64,000 nt of DNA from Candidatus Zambryskiibacteriota bacterium (lineage in GTDB: Bacteria; Patescibacteriota; Minisyncoccia; Phycocordibacterales; DATDWN01): contig PPGI01000008.1 in assembly GCA_003173855.1 (NCBI GenBank), positions 10,119 to 74,118 of the forward strand. Direction: 5' to 3'. The notes beneath the pieces were generated by a model. That model saw only the letters and a list, made by a program, of their open reading frames with translations, had not been told where the DNA came from and made no database searches. Made by a program: the position numbers and the translations under genes. Numbering within the stretch: the first letter of the stretch is position 1; every line of letters starts with the position of its first letter. Positions 44,894-54,243 of this stretch are shown here, one piece after another.

Positions 44894-45823
44894 TTACTGT
44901 GACTGGGTCACAAACGAATTTTGACTTGATGTCGCAGTGTTTCCACTAAAGTCAGTTGATCCAACTACGAAATAATATGTGGTCGACGTTGATAATCCTG
45001 AAAGCAACACTGAATGGTTCGTTACTCCGCCTACAATTGAAGTCATTGTTGCAGTCGAGAAATTTATTGGAGTTGTTGAACTAAACCAAACAGAACTTGT
45101 TGAGTTTTCGTCTGTATTCCATTTAATTGTTGAAGTTGTGACTGTAGTTGAAGCGGAAATGTTTGAAATTATAGGAGCAGTTGTATCAGAGGTTGGAGGT
45201 GTAGTTGTTCCGAACATTGGATGCTTGTTCAGTATTCCTGGAGGAAGTGTTTGACATGGTGGCACAATAGGCATTTCGTTACCTTCATGTTTTAACCATC
45301 CAGGTGCGATTAAGTGTCCAGGAGGAATTTTAGCGCAAAGTCTTTTATGTTCACCATGGTCCTCATCTCTTTCAGTGCTAGTTGCCTCAATATCCAAACC
45401 AAGATTATCTTTTTCTTCGTTCAATTTTCTAAGTGTTTGTGGGCCAACAAAGCCAAGAGCTTCGATGCCGTGCTTCTTCTGGAACTTTTTAACTGCTTCT
45501 GATGTCATTTGTCCAAAAAATCCTGTGATTAGACCTTGAGGATAAACAGTTGGATCTGCTGCAAGAATCGCTTGTAGTGCTTTCACGTCATCACCGCTCA
45601 TTCCTTGGCGCAAACTCCTAATTAGAGACAAAGTTCCAGATATGTTTTGAACAGTAGTTTGAACCTGTTGCTGGGCTGAATGCAGGGCTTCGATCTGCGC
45701 TTGCAGAGTCTGGATTTGAGTTAATAATGCTTGGATTTGAGTACTAGTGCTTGTATCGGCAATAGCCAGTGTTGGTCCAACAACCAACGAAAAAACTACG
45801 AATATTCTTGTTATTGTTTTCAT
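44894..45823 (-). CDS. Secreted protein: coiled-coil, peptidoglycan-binding (PG_binding_1-like) domain, and a C-terminal FN3-like Thr/Ser-rich domain
   Basis: Signal peptide; DDVKALQAILAADPTVYPQGLITGFFGQMTSEAVKKFQ. Confidence 0.55.
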   Translation of the reverse strand: MKTITRIFVVFSLVVGPTLAIADTSTSTQIQALLTQIQTLQAQIEALHSAQQQVQTTVQNISGTLSLIRSLRQGMSGDDVKALQAILAADPTVYPQGLITGFFGQMTSEAVKKFQKKHGIEALGFVGPQTLRKLNEEKDNLGLDIEATSTERDEDHGEHKRLCAKIPPGHLIAPGWLKHEGNEMPIVPPCQTLPPGILNKHPMFGTTTPPTSDTTAPIISNISASTTVTTSTIKWNTDENSTSSVWFSSTTPINFSTATMTSIVGGVTNHSVLLSGLSTSTTYYFVVGSTDFSGNTATSSQNSFVTQSQ

Positions 45824-45933
45824 TTAAAATTGAATTATTAATAATCCTACTTACTAAGACGGTAAATAACCGATCTTAATTACATTTTAGCAATAATAAA
45901 CAAAAAAGCCCGGGAGTTTTCCCGAGCTTTTCA

Positions 45934-46398
45934 CTATCGTATTACACAGAGGGGAGTAGGAGATCCGAGAGCTGTTTCTTGTGATTTAGGAGCACAAACC
46001 ATTATCTGATTACTTGTAGTTGAGGAGATTGTATAACCTGTGTTTGCAGTTGTTCCGCCATCAGGGTCCATTGGAATTCCAGCGGCAATATATGTTGTTG
46101 CAAGGCAGCTGAGGTCAGAAAATGTAGGACCAACAGTTGTTCCGATCGTTGTACTTGCTGAAGAAGCTTTAAAATATACACCATTGCATGTCCAAATCCC
46201 TTTATTATCAGCAATATTCTGGCCAATAGCATTTAGAATTGTATTAATATTGCTTAATCTCTGCGTATTACGAGCTTGAGCAAATTGTCTTGAAGGATTG
46301 ATGGCAATGATAACTATTGTTGCCAAGATTGCGATGATTCCAATAACGACAAGGATTTCGATCAATGTAAAACCACTATTTTGGTTTACTTTTTTCAT
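45934..46398 (-). CDS. Type IV pilin (major pilin candidate)
   Basis: Prepilin N-terminus MKKVNQNSG|FTLIEILVVIGIIAILA with Glu5; C-terminal Cys pair. Confidence 0.85.
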   Translation of the reverse strand: MKKVNQNSGFTLIEILVVIGIIAILATIVIIAINPSRQFAQARNTQRLSNINTILNAIGQNIADNKGIWTCNGVYFKASSASTTIGTTVGPTFSDLSCLATTYIAAGIPMDPDGGTTANTGYTISSTTSNQIMVCAPKSQETALGSPTPLCVIR

Positions 46399-46478
46399 AA
46401 AATTTTTTATTACTAATAACTGTAGTATCAGTGCAAAATATCACAAATAATTTTTCTTGCAAAATAGACAGCTCTCGA

Positions 46479-46877
46479 TTAATAGGTTGCTATTTCTTCC
46501 CAAGAAACGATGCTCAAATCATTTGGGTGAACACTAATTTTAAGATTAGTGTAAAAATTAAAAACATTTGATTGAACATAAAAAATTCTTGGATCTCCTG
46601 AAGATTGAATTGGCCCAAGCTTGCAGGTATTTCCTGAACTAATAGTTATTGTCGTTGTGCTTAAGTTAACTGTGTTATTTGCGATAAGTAAAAGTCCTTC
46701 TCGGGCACAAGCTTCTGCATTTGTCACACTTCGTTCTTTAAATTCTGAATCAAGAATTGCATAACGTTCAAAAAAATTACTGACTGAAAGCGTTACAGCA
46801 ATGAGTAAAAGAATAGCAGAAACCAAAATGACAGATATGAGAGCAATAAAACCTGATTTTTTGTTTTTCTTTTTCAT
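46479..46877 (-). CDS. Minor pilin / pseudopilin-like protein
   Basis: N-terminal KKSGFIALISVILVSAILLLIAV hydrophobic helix; adjacent to other pilins. Confidence 0.6.
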   Translation of the reverse strand: MKKKNKKSGFIALISVILVSAILLLIAVTLSVSNFFERYAILDSEFKERSVTNAEACAREGLLLIANNTVNLSTTTITISSGNTCKLGPIQSSGDPRIFYVQSNVFNFYTNLKISVHPNDLSIVSWEEIATY

Positions 46878-47345
46878 TTAGTTGCGCATATATCTCGTCA
46901 CAGTAATTACATTGCCATTTACAGTAACGTTCGCAGTAATTCCAGCAGGGGAAGCAGAGCTTATGAAATTGAGGCAAGAGACAGTTACATTTGCCGTTGA
47001 AATTGGATAATATGAAACGCCATCATCTTCGATTTCTATATAATTTATTCCGCTAACTTGATGCAATCGAACACTGACTGGGTTAGGCAAGTCCGTTCGA
47101 TAAGTTGTTAAATTTTGGTTACAAGCAGTTCCGGAAATGACTGGAGAAGTAACTGGATCAAGACTGCTTAAACTCCAAGCAATTTTGTGCAAAATAAAAT
47201 TTCCTTCTTCTTCTGTGCGCAATTTTGAATCCAAATTATCTCCACTTTTAATTATTTGGAAAGCAGCAGTAAATCCGCTCGTTAATAAGATAGTAAAAAG
47301 TGCAATATAAACGATCATTTCGATTAATGTGAATCCTCTGTTCAT
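46878..47345 (-). CDS. Minor type IV pilin
   Basis: MNRG|FTLIEMIVYIALFTIL prepilin motif. Confidence 0.8.
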   Translation of the reverse strand: MNRGFTLIEMIVYIALFTILLTSGFTAAFQIIKSGDNLDSKLRTEEEGNFILHKIAWSLSSLDPVTSPVISGTACNQNLTTYRTDLPNPVSVRLHQVSGINYIEIEDDGVSYYPISTANVTVSCLNFISSASPAGITANVTVNGNVITVTRYMRN

Positions 47346-47346
47346 A

Positions 47347-48822
47347 TTATGGACTATAAATTATTTGAAGATTTGGAGTTGATTGGCCAGTCGAATAAAT
47401 AAAATCTGGATCATAATCAATTCCACGATTAACAACATTACCGAAATTGTAAGTTTGGACAACACTAATGTTTGTAGGATCGGAAATATCCAAAATTTGA
47501 AATTCCTTTGTCACTTTTGGTGTAGCGATGAAAGCAAATCTGCCAGCAACGCGGATTGCCTGGACTCCCGTACCAACATCTTTTGACCCAAGAAGCGTTA
47601 ATCCGGCTGACGGATTCGAAATATCATAAACATACAATTCAGATCCTCCTGGAGTAGATTGTCGACCAAAATATAATTTATTTCCTGAAGCAAACACACT
47701 TAAACCATTTTGAATTCCAGGCAAATCTTGATTTGCTGCAGTCACTTCTAATATGCTCAATGGGTTTGTGACATCAAAAACGCGCAATTCTTTATCATCC
47801 TCGTCGGTAGCCATGTAAGCGTAGCGTTTTATAACGCCATTGATTAATTGATCTTGGATAACCATGTCATTTACAGAGTCGCCAAGATCTAATCCTTTAC
47901 ATCCCACACTGCCAATTGAATATTCAGTTGGATTAGCTGGGTTTGAAACATCAAAAATATGAAATTCCGGGCCTGCGGTAAATAGAGTAGTTAGGTAAAG
48001 AGTGTTTTTATAAAAATAAACCAGATTTCCTTGTGGTTCTGAACCAGTAACACAAGCAGATAATCCGCGAAATACTGCTGTCGGTTTTAAAATATTTGTA
48101 ACATCGATTGATGCAAGTTGCTGCGTTGATGAATTAATGGCAGCAAATGCATAATTTTTATTTAAAGACGGATATCGAACTGCGTCAATTGAATTTATTT
48201 CGTGTCCAGCATCAAAACCATTTGTAAAACTCACTAACAAACCAGAATTTTGCCCCAGAAATGCACCATCTGTGTCAGCTATTGCCAGGAATGGAGATTT
48301 ATCAACTCCCAAATAAACAATTTTATTTAATTCATCTAGTGCAAGTGGCTTGCCAGGACTTGTTGTATCTGATGCAAATCGAGTAGGATTATTCCAGTTC
48401 GATGTTGGTGGGTCAGTTATGCAATCTCCGCCAAGAGCAAGAGCAGTTTGACCATCAACTAAGTAAGTATTGAATTCAATTTTTTGCGGACGAAGTGGGC
48501 CTAGTGACCAAGTTGTTGTAACTTTCGCTTGTTTTTTACATTGTGTTAAATCAGAAACTGAGAGAGTTTTTAAATAGGTGATTGGTCCGGAAATTTCCTG
48601 AGTAGTACTAGATTCGACAGACAGGAAATTTTGTTTTGCTAAAGCAAATGTGCCCTCAAGAACCTTTTCCGTTTTGTACATTGCCTCATGGTTTGTTTGC
48701 GTGTCGACCGAAACTGATTGATTGCTAAAAATTATTAAAATGACTGCAGAAAGTGTCATAATAAGCACAGTAAAAGCAATCAAGATCTCAATTGTGCTGC
48801 TGCCTCCGTTAAATTTGTTTTT
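47347..48822 (-). CDS. Large pilin-like protein: prepilin-type N-terminal helix fused to an LVIVD-repeat beta-propeller (tip adhesin candidate). The ORF track extends it to 48879, overlapping the upstream gene
   Basis: GGSSTIEILIAFTVL N-terminus; repeated (F/L)D(V/I)(S/T)NP and LVIVD-like motifs (FDVSNPANP, FDVTNPLSI, YDISNPSAG, LDISDPTNI). Confidence 0.6.
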   Translation of the reverse strand, partial: KNKFNGGSSTIEILIAFTVLIMTLSAVILIIFSNQSVSVDTQTNHEAMYKTEKVLEGTFALAKQNFLSVESSTTQEISGPITYLKTLSVSDLTQCKKQAKVTTTWSLGPLRPQKIEFNTYLVDGQTALALGGDCITDPPTSNWNNPTRFASDTTSPGKPLALDELNKIVYLGVDKSPFLAIADTDGAFLGQNSGLLVSFTNGFDAGHEINSIDAVRYPSLNKNYAFAAINSSTQQLASIDVTNILKPTAVFRGLSACVTGSEPQGNLVYFYKNTLYLTTLFTAGPEFHIFDVSNPANPTEYSIGSVGCKGLDLGDSVNDMVIQDQLINGVIKRYAYMATDEDDKELRVFDVTNPLSILEVTAANQDLPGIQNGLSVFASGNKLYFGRQSTPGGSELYVYDISNPSAGLTLLGSKDVGTGVQAIRVAGRFAFIATPKVTKEFQILDISDPTNISVVQTYNFGNVVNRGIDYDPDFIYSTGQSTPNLQIIYSP

Positions 48823-48826
48823 CATA

Positions 48827-49375
48827 TTACCAGTCAATTTGACCTGCATGGTTAAGAGAAATAAGTGACGTTCTGCCATCTTTAGTTATCGCAATTTGCA
48901 CTGTTTGAGTATCTCCAGAAAGTTGCAGAAAAACTACTCCTCCAAGGGAGCACGGAAAAATATTTGGTGTGGAACTTACTGTGACACCCGCATTGCCAGC
49001 AATCTGCTCGTTATTTGGACTGGGACTGTAAGTTAAACCTCGAAACAACACATAGGTTGGGCTTTTTGGATTTGAATTGTCGTAACAGAGCCCACTGGGA
49101 GACTGGAAATAATTATTCATCGATCTTTCGCGTGCACGGCTCAAAGCGCTGACAAGAATTGATCTTTCCGATCTAAAAATTGTTCGTTTGTAGGAATCAG
49201 TCGTCACTAAAATGCCAAAACTCATGATAAGAAATACGATTCCGATAGTAATCATTGTTTCAAGCAAAGTAAACCCGGACACCAAATTTGGCATTTTTGA
49301 ATCTTTGTTGCGAATACGCAACGATGCCAAACTTGGTGTACGGGTAAACCCAGAATTGTTTTTTCTTAAACTCAT
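48827..49375 (-). CDS. Minor type IV pilin with an unusually long leader, or starting at the internal ATG at 49294
   Basis: MPNLVSG|FTLLETMITIGIVFLI prepilin motif at residue 28 of the ORF. Confidence 0.7.
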   Translation of the reverse strand: MSLRKNNSGFTRTPSLASLRIRNKDSKMPNLVSGFTLLETMITIGIVFLIMSFGILVTTDSYKRTIFRSERSILVSALSRARERSMNNYFQSPSGLCYDNSNPKSPTYVLFRGLTYSPSPNNEQIAGNAGVTVSSTPNIFPCSLGGVVFLQLSGDTQTVQIAITKDGRTSLISLNHAGQIDW

Positions 49376-50478
49376 TATTTTGGAGTCAAATGCTGAGTAA
49401 TGCTGTAAATTGGAGTAATAATTGATATTGCAATAAATCCAACAAGCAATCCCATAAAAATCATCAGTGCCGGTTCAATAGTATTTCCTAAATTTTTTGT
49501 AAAATCTTCAATTTCAGCTTCATAAAGTTCAGAGAGATATGCGAGTGAATTAGAAAGATTTCCGCTTCTCTCACCAACATTAATTATGTGAACCATCATA
49601 TCAGGGAAGAGACCAATTTGAGATTTAAGGTAAGTAGACATTCTTTCACCGTTAGAAACAATGATCGAAGCATTTTTTAATTCCTTTTTATAAACTAAAT
49701 TTGTATGAGTTTTTTCAGCAATTGGTAGAGCATCGCTGATAGTTACTCCGCTTTTTAATAATAAACTTAATGTTCGAGTTATATTTGTTAGATTGTAGTC
49801 GCGAATAATCTGACCTATCAGGGGAATTTTTAAAATTAATTTATCAAAATAATAGTGAACATTTTTATTTTTCTTTATTGTAACAACAATAGCTAATAAA
49901 AATATAATTAGAGCGGCGAGCAGAATAAAAATATATTTCTTTAAAAAATTGCTTATCGACATAACAATAAGAGTTGATAGAGGCAATTGGGCGTGGATGC
50001 TTTCAAAAATAGGCGTGATCTTTGGAAACAAATAAAGCATTAAAAATGCCGTGATGGCGAGTGTTGCCGCAATAACGATCGAGGGATAAATAAATGCTCC
50101 AATGATTTTTTTCTTAAGTGCTTGTTTTTTCTTTAATTCCTCTGCAAGATATTCCAAGTTTTCAGAAAGTATTCCTGTTGTTTCTCCAAAGCCGATAATA
50201 TTTATTGAAAAATCTCCAAATACTCTTCTGTACTTTAATAAGCTTGTAGCCAAAAATTGTCCATTGGAAACATCGTAAATGACAGAATCAAGAATTTTCC
50301 TGTGATTTTTCTTTTTAGTTTGTTCGCGGATTAAATGCAAGCTCTCCAACACTGGAACGCCGGCTTTAATAAGAAATGATAGACGTTTTATGAGAAAAAT
50401 TTGCTCACGAAGCGGCATTTTTCTCACAGACAAATCTTTTAGAGATGAAAGCTTTGATTTTTTCTTTTCCTCCGACAT
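49375..50478 (-). CDS. pilC: Type IV pilus inner-membrane platform protein PilC (GspF family)
   Basis: 367 aa; two T2SS_F repeats; 3 transmembrane segments. Confidence 0.88.
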   Translation of the reverse strand: MSEEKKKSKLSSLKDLSVRKMPLREQIFLIKRLSFLIKAGVPVLESLHLIREQTKKKNHRKILDSVIYDVSNGQFLATSLLKYRRVFGDFSINIIGFGETTGILSENLEYLAEELKKKQALKKKIIGAFIYPSIVIAATLAITAFLMLYLFPKITPIFESIHAQLPLSTLIVMSISNFLKKYIFILLAALIIFLLAIVVTIKKNKNVHYYFDKLILKIPLIGQIIRDYNLTNITRTLSLLLKSGVTISDALPIAEKTHTNLVYKKELKNASIIVSNGERMSTYLKSQIGLFPDMMVHIINVGERSGNLSNSLAYLSELYEAEIEDFTKNLGNTIEPALMIFMGLLVGFIAISIITPIYSITQHLTPK

Positions 50479-50479
50479 T

Positions 50480-51703
50480 TTATTCGTTAATTACTCGGAG
50501 AACTTCTTCGAGAGTTGTTTGTCCGGACAAAGCTTTGCCTAAGCCATCTTCAAGCATCGTGGTCATTCCTTGTTTCGTTGCCAAGTTTTTTATTTCAGCG
50601 GCTGATGCTTTGCGTAAGATGGCTTCACGTATCACATCATTTGCTACAAGCACTTCGTTAATGCAAATTCTTCCTGAGTATCCGCTTTTGTTGCACTTAT
50701 CACAGCCCTTTCCTTTGTATAAAGTTTCGTCATTATATTTTTTCCCAAGCTGATAAAGAGTTTCTTTCATCGATTTTGTAATTTCGATTTTTTCTTTGCA
50801 GTGAGTGCAAATTTTTCGAACTAGTCTTTGGCCAATTGCAATTGAAACAGTCGAAGCGACTAAATATTCTTCTATGCCCATATCGAGCAAACGGGGAAGA
50901 GTTGTAGCGGCATCATTTGTGTGCAAAGTTGAGAGCAAAAGATGGCCTGTTAGAGCGGTATTTACGGCAATGCCTGCTGTTTCAGAGTCGCGAATTTCAC
51001 CAACCATAATAATATTTGGATCTTGTCGCAGAATTGAACGCAAGCCATTGGCAAATGACAGTCCAGTTTTGGCATTCACTTGGATTTGCTCGATATCAGA
51101 AACTGCATATTCGATAGGATCTTCGATAGTAATAATGGAAACTTCAGGAGAATTAAGCATCTTGATCAAAGTGTAAAGCGTAGTTGTCTTTCCAGAGCCA
51201 GTCGGACCTGTTGCAAGAATCATTCCGCTTGATTTTTTCATTGCTTCTAGAATTTTTTTGCGATCATTTTCTGAAAAACCGAGCATCTCGAGCGTATATT
51301 GTTCCGCTTTGTCAGACAAAAGCCTCAAAACTGCATTTTCACCATGGTAAGTTGGCACAATTGAAACACGAAGATCAACAAATGTTTTTCCATCTGGAAA
51401 AGTATGTCGGAATCTTCCATCTTGAGTAGCTTGATGCTCGTCCGTTCGAAGTTTTGAGAGAACTTTTATGCGAGAAATTATTTCGTTATGAATTGTTTTT
51501 GGAAAAGAAAATGCTTCTTGGAGTACTCCATCGATTCTAAATCGAACTCGAATGTCGTCTAGTCTTGGATCAATGTGAATGTCAGAAACATGAGTCTCGT
51601 GTGCTTTCTCAACTAAATAGTCAACCAGATTGATTATTGAAACATCTTTACCACGTGTAATTTCTTTTTCTAATTTGTCCCATTTTTCCTTAGTAGTTGT
51701 CAT
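50480..51703 (-). CDS. Type IV pilus assembly ATPase, short GspE/PilB family with a tetracysteine motif
   Basis: Walker A GPTGSGKTT, Asp box, His box; CxxC...CxxC. Confidence 0.85.
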   Translation of the reverse strand: MTTTKEKWDKLEKEITRGKDVSIINLVDYLVEKAHETHVSDIHIDPRLDDIRVRFRIDGVLQEAFSFPKTIHNEIISRIKVLSKLRTDEHQATQDGRFRHTFPDGKTFVDLRVSIVPTYHGENAVLRLLSDKAEQYTLEMLGFSENDRKKILEAMKKSSGMILATGPTGSGKTTTLYTLIKMLNSPEVSIITIEDPIEYAVSDIEQIQVNAKTGLSFANGLRSILRQDPNIIMVGEIRDSETAGIAVNTALTGHLLLSTLHTNDAATTLPRLLDMGIEEYLVASTVSIAIGQRLVRKICTHCKEKIEITKSMKETLYQLGKKYNDETLYKGKGCDKCNKSGYSGRICINEVLVANDVIREAILRKASAAEIKNLATKQGMTTMLEDGLGKALSGQTTLEEVLRVINE

Positions 51704-51751
51704 ACTATTATTGGGCGTACTTTACTATACGGTTTTTAAAATAACAAGCTT

Positions 51752-51920
51752 AAATTTCTCTGGTTAGTATGTTTTGAAAAGAGACTTCGCAGGCCGAGAG
51801 CTCGGTCTTGTCAACGTCCAGCTTCGCTGGTTCATTGACAAGTCGGAGAGCCGAGAACTAGTGAGCGTAGCGCTGGCGGAGCGAAACGGTCTCTTGAAAA
51901 ATATACTAACCAGAGAAATT
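51752..51920 (-). repeat. GC-rich palindromic MITE-like repeat, copy B (the right TIR overlaps the stop codon of the SDR gene)
   Basis: Reverse complement ~95% identical to 3642..3818. ~19-bp TIRs (aaatttctctggttagtat / atactaaccagagaaatt). GC-rich core 51781..51895. Confidence 0.65.
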
Positions 51921-52653
51921 ATAAATTCTGTCCTTGGTCAATTGGATAAACGTAGCCGGAAGCCATTGTGATTTCTGACAAATACAAAGCAAGTTTTGCA
52001 AATTGTTCAACCGCTTCTTCATCGCTAATTCGGTATTTAAGAGGGGATTCATCGCGGATTGCCTGCCATTCAATCTTCGAAATATCTTCTGGACGAAGAA
52101 TTGGACCGGGAGCGATGGCGTTTACGAAAATTCCTTTACCTGCGAGTTCTGTGGCCAGAGCTTTGGTCATATTTGCGATCGCAGCTTTGGTTACAACGTA
52201 AGGAAGATAGCCAGAATAAATTTTACCAAGAGATGTTCTGTCAGCCACATTTATAATATGTCCGCCATTTGGCATTATTTTTGATCCAATTTGTGATGGC
52301 CAGAATGTTCCAAAAATATGTGCATCTAAATTTCTCTGCCAATCTTTCTCGCTAATGTTTTCAAATTTAACAGGAGTAAAAACTGAAGCAAGATTAATTA
52401 AAATATCAATTTTTCCAAATTTCTTTTTTATTTCACTAACAGTCTTTTCAACACTCTCGCGATTTGAGACATCGCATTGTATTGCAAGACCCTGAACTTT
52501 ATATTTTTTTGCATTTTTTACAATTTTTTCTGATTCGTGAGCAGAACTTCTATAACTTGTGACAATATTTACTCCATTTTGTGCAAGAACTTCAGCAATT
52601 CTCTGGCCAATTCGCTTTCCACCAGTAATCCAAGCAGTTTTTCCTTTGAGCAT
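51919..52653 (-). CDS. Short-chain dehydrogenase/reductase (SDR) family oxidoreductase
   Basis: TGGKRIG Rossmann motif; catalytic YxxxK (YVVTK). Confidence 0.8.
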   Translation of the reverse strand: MLKGKTAWITGGKRIGQRIAEVLAQNGVNIVTSYRSSAHESEKIVKNAKKYKVQGLAIQCDVSNRESVEKTVSEIKKKFGKIDILINLASVFTPVKFENISEKDWQRNLDAHIFGTFWPSQIGSKIMPNGGHIINVADRTSLGKIYSGYLPYVVTKAAIANMTKALATELAGKGIFVNAIAPGPILRPEDISKIEWQAIRDESPLKYRISDEEAVEQFAKLALYLSEITMASGYVYPIDQGQNL

Positions 52654-52737
52654 CTATCCATATTATCTCTAATATTATTCTTTGTCGAAAATATTGATTT
52701 TTGTTTTTAAATTTGTAATATCGAGATAGGAGGCTAT

Positions 52738-52983
52738 ATGCCTGATGAAAATATTCACAAACGTTTCCTGCTTGTCTATACTTTCGGCAATCGTGAAAGG
52801 ACGGATGAAATAGACAATGCCACTCTTGAAGAAGCGAAACACAAAGCAGTTCGAATCTTGAATAATAAACATGCGGAATTGGCCGCTCATGCAACAGAGG
52901 GTACTGTTGTAGAAGTCAAAGGAGAACTATTTCAAAGAATCCAGTGTTTCAACAGTAAGGATTTTTTCCACCCACCTTTTTGA
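52738..52983 (+). CDS. Hypothetical 81-aa protein
   Basis: TAGGAGG SD; tandem TGA-TAA stops. No known family. Confidence 0.35.
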   Translation: MPDENIHKRFLLVYTFGNRERTDEIDNATLEEAKHKAVRILNNKHAELAAHATEGTVVEVKGELFQRIQCFNSKDFFHPPF

Positions 52984-53009
52984 TAAGGCACCCATTAGGC
53001 GCCTTTCGT

Positions 53010-53576
53010 TTATCTAGATTCGCCTTCGAAATTAGGCATTACGATGCTCCACTGCATAGTTTGGGTGTTTAGTTTCAAATAAGCACTTTTACCAACTGAT
53101 GGTCTAGCAGTCATTGGTTCATCTGGTTTTCGAACAGCATAATTTACGACAATTACATTTTTTTGTATTGGATTTGGACTCAAGTTTATTGTTTGTGGAG
53201 CAATCCTGTCACCTAAAAAATATCCGTCGGAACCGATGTAACCATCAGGTGTATTTAATGCAGCGACAGCATAGTAAAATGTTCCTGAACCACCGCGATT
53301 TTGAGTAAGAAGAAAAACTACATCTTCTCTTCCATCGTTATTTAAATCTGTTTTAAAATCATTTCCAAAATAAGTCGTTACAATTTTTGTAGATGAACCA
53401 GGAGCTGCTTCACTTTCTGCATTTCCATTAATAAGTTTTACATTTACTCCATCAATTGAGTACTCAGCATTTTTATAATCAGTTATTTTTTCATAATTTA
53501 TTTGTCCACTAAATTTCGAAAGAAAATAACCTCCTATTAAAAACAAAACAATAGCTACAATAATTTTTTTATACAT
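53010..53576 (-). CDS. Membrane-anchored/secreted hypothetical protein (188 aa)
   Basis: N-terminal transmembrane segment; DLNNDGREDVV (FG-GAP/VCBS-like Asp-rich loop). Confidence 0.45.
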   Translation of the reverse strand: MYKKIIVAIVLFLIGGYFLSKFSGQINYEKITDYKNAEYSIDGVNVKLINGNAESEAAPGSSTKIVTTYFGNDFKTDLNNDGREDVVFLLTQNRGGSGTFYYAVAALNTPDGYIGSDGYFLGDRIAPQTINLSPNPIQKNVIVVNYAVRKPDEPMTARPSVGKSAYLKLNTQTMQWSIVMPNFEGESR

Positions 53577-53603
53577 ATATTTATTCTACTATAGTTTTGT
53601 AAG

Positions 53604-53635
53604 TTAAAGGGCAGTGGCCTAAGCCATTGCCCTTT
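53604..53635. terminator. Terminator hairpin (aagggcagtggcctaagccattgcccttt)
   Basis: 10-bp stem plus T tail. Confidence 0.55.
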
Positions 53636-53897
53636 GTCTTACTCTGTTACCACCACGACTTGAAATTTCTGCGAGCTTCTCTGGAGTTAGCCTGGCAAAA
53701 CCTCGCCGCTTTGGATGAAGGATATCTTCGTCTTCTATTACGAGATATCTCATAGCAGCACGAAGTGATGACAAGAGGATACGGCGCTTACCCATGACTT
53801 TCACAGTTTCGAAACGTCGTGCTTTCATCAAAATATAAACACCTGTTGTGCTTATTCCCATTTTTCGGGCCGTTTCTGATTGAGTACAAGATCTCAT
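53619..53897 (-). CDS. Helix-turn-helix DNA-binding protein (92 aa), relatively GC-rich
   Basis: SETARKMGISTTGVYILMKARRFETVK is an HTH. Its start overlaps the stop of the upstream AlpA-like ORF (ATGA). Confidence 0.5.
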   Translation of the reverse strand: MRSCTQSETARKMGISTTGVYILMKARRFETVKVMGKRRILLSSLRAAMRYLVIEDEDILHPKRRGFARLTPEKLAEISSRGGNRVRQRAMA

Positions 53898-54049
53898 CCA
53901 ATCTTTTTTATCTGGAAAATTTTGTATTGATTTGAAAGGTCTTCACGCTTTAGATTGCCCTTCCGTATCCATCTCCAAACAGTTGCTTCGCTGACACCTA
54001 TGTACTTCGCAAAGTTTGTTACACGTTCTGAAAATAAAGGTTCATCCAT
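53894..54049 (-). CDS. AlpA/excisionase-family HTH protein, 51 aa (below the ORF-track length cut-off)
   Basis: Read by hand: MDEPLFSERVTNFAKYIGVSEATVWRWIRKGNLKREDLSNQYKIFQIKKIG*. VSEATVWRWIRKG is an AlpA-type HTH. Sits immediately 3' of tRNA-Ser. Confidence 0.55.
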   Translation of the reverse strand: MDEPLFSERVTNFAKYIGVSEATVWRWIRKGNLKREDLSNQYKIFQIKKIG

Positions 54050-54103
54050 ATGAAATCCTTTCCGAAAGTACTGTATACCTGACTTTTTATTTGGTCAAAA
54101 TTG

Positions 54104-54192
54104 CGGAGACGGATGGATTCGAACCATCGGTGCCTTTTAAGGGGCACACCTCTTTAGCAAAGAGGCACGTTAGACCACTCCGACACGTCTCC
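54104..54192 (-). tRNA. tRNA-Ser (anticodon GCU), type II with a long variable arm
   Basis: Acceptor GGAGACG/CGUCUCC; anticodon stem CCUCU/AGAGG with loop UUGCUAA; 20-nt variable arm; T-arm GAUGG-UUCGAAU-CCAUC; discriminator G. Confidence 0.8.
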
Positions 54193-54243
54193 AATTGTTT
54201 GTTAGATTAACATAATTTTGATGCGGGGTATACTTAATATATT

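Noticed and set aside
42456-45502. 42456-42671, 43509-43787, 43789-43995, 44559-44765, 44979-45254, 45314-45502
   Set aside because: They overlap the GT2, subtilisin and PG-binding/FN3 genes on the wrong strand or frame. 43509-43787 sits over the subtilisin promoter and start but has no start signals of its own.
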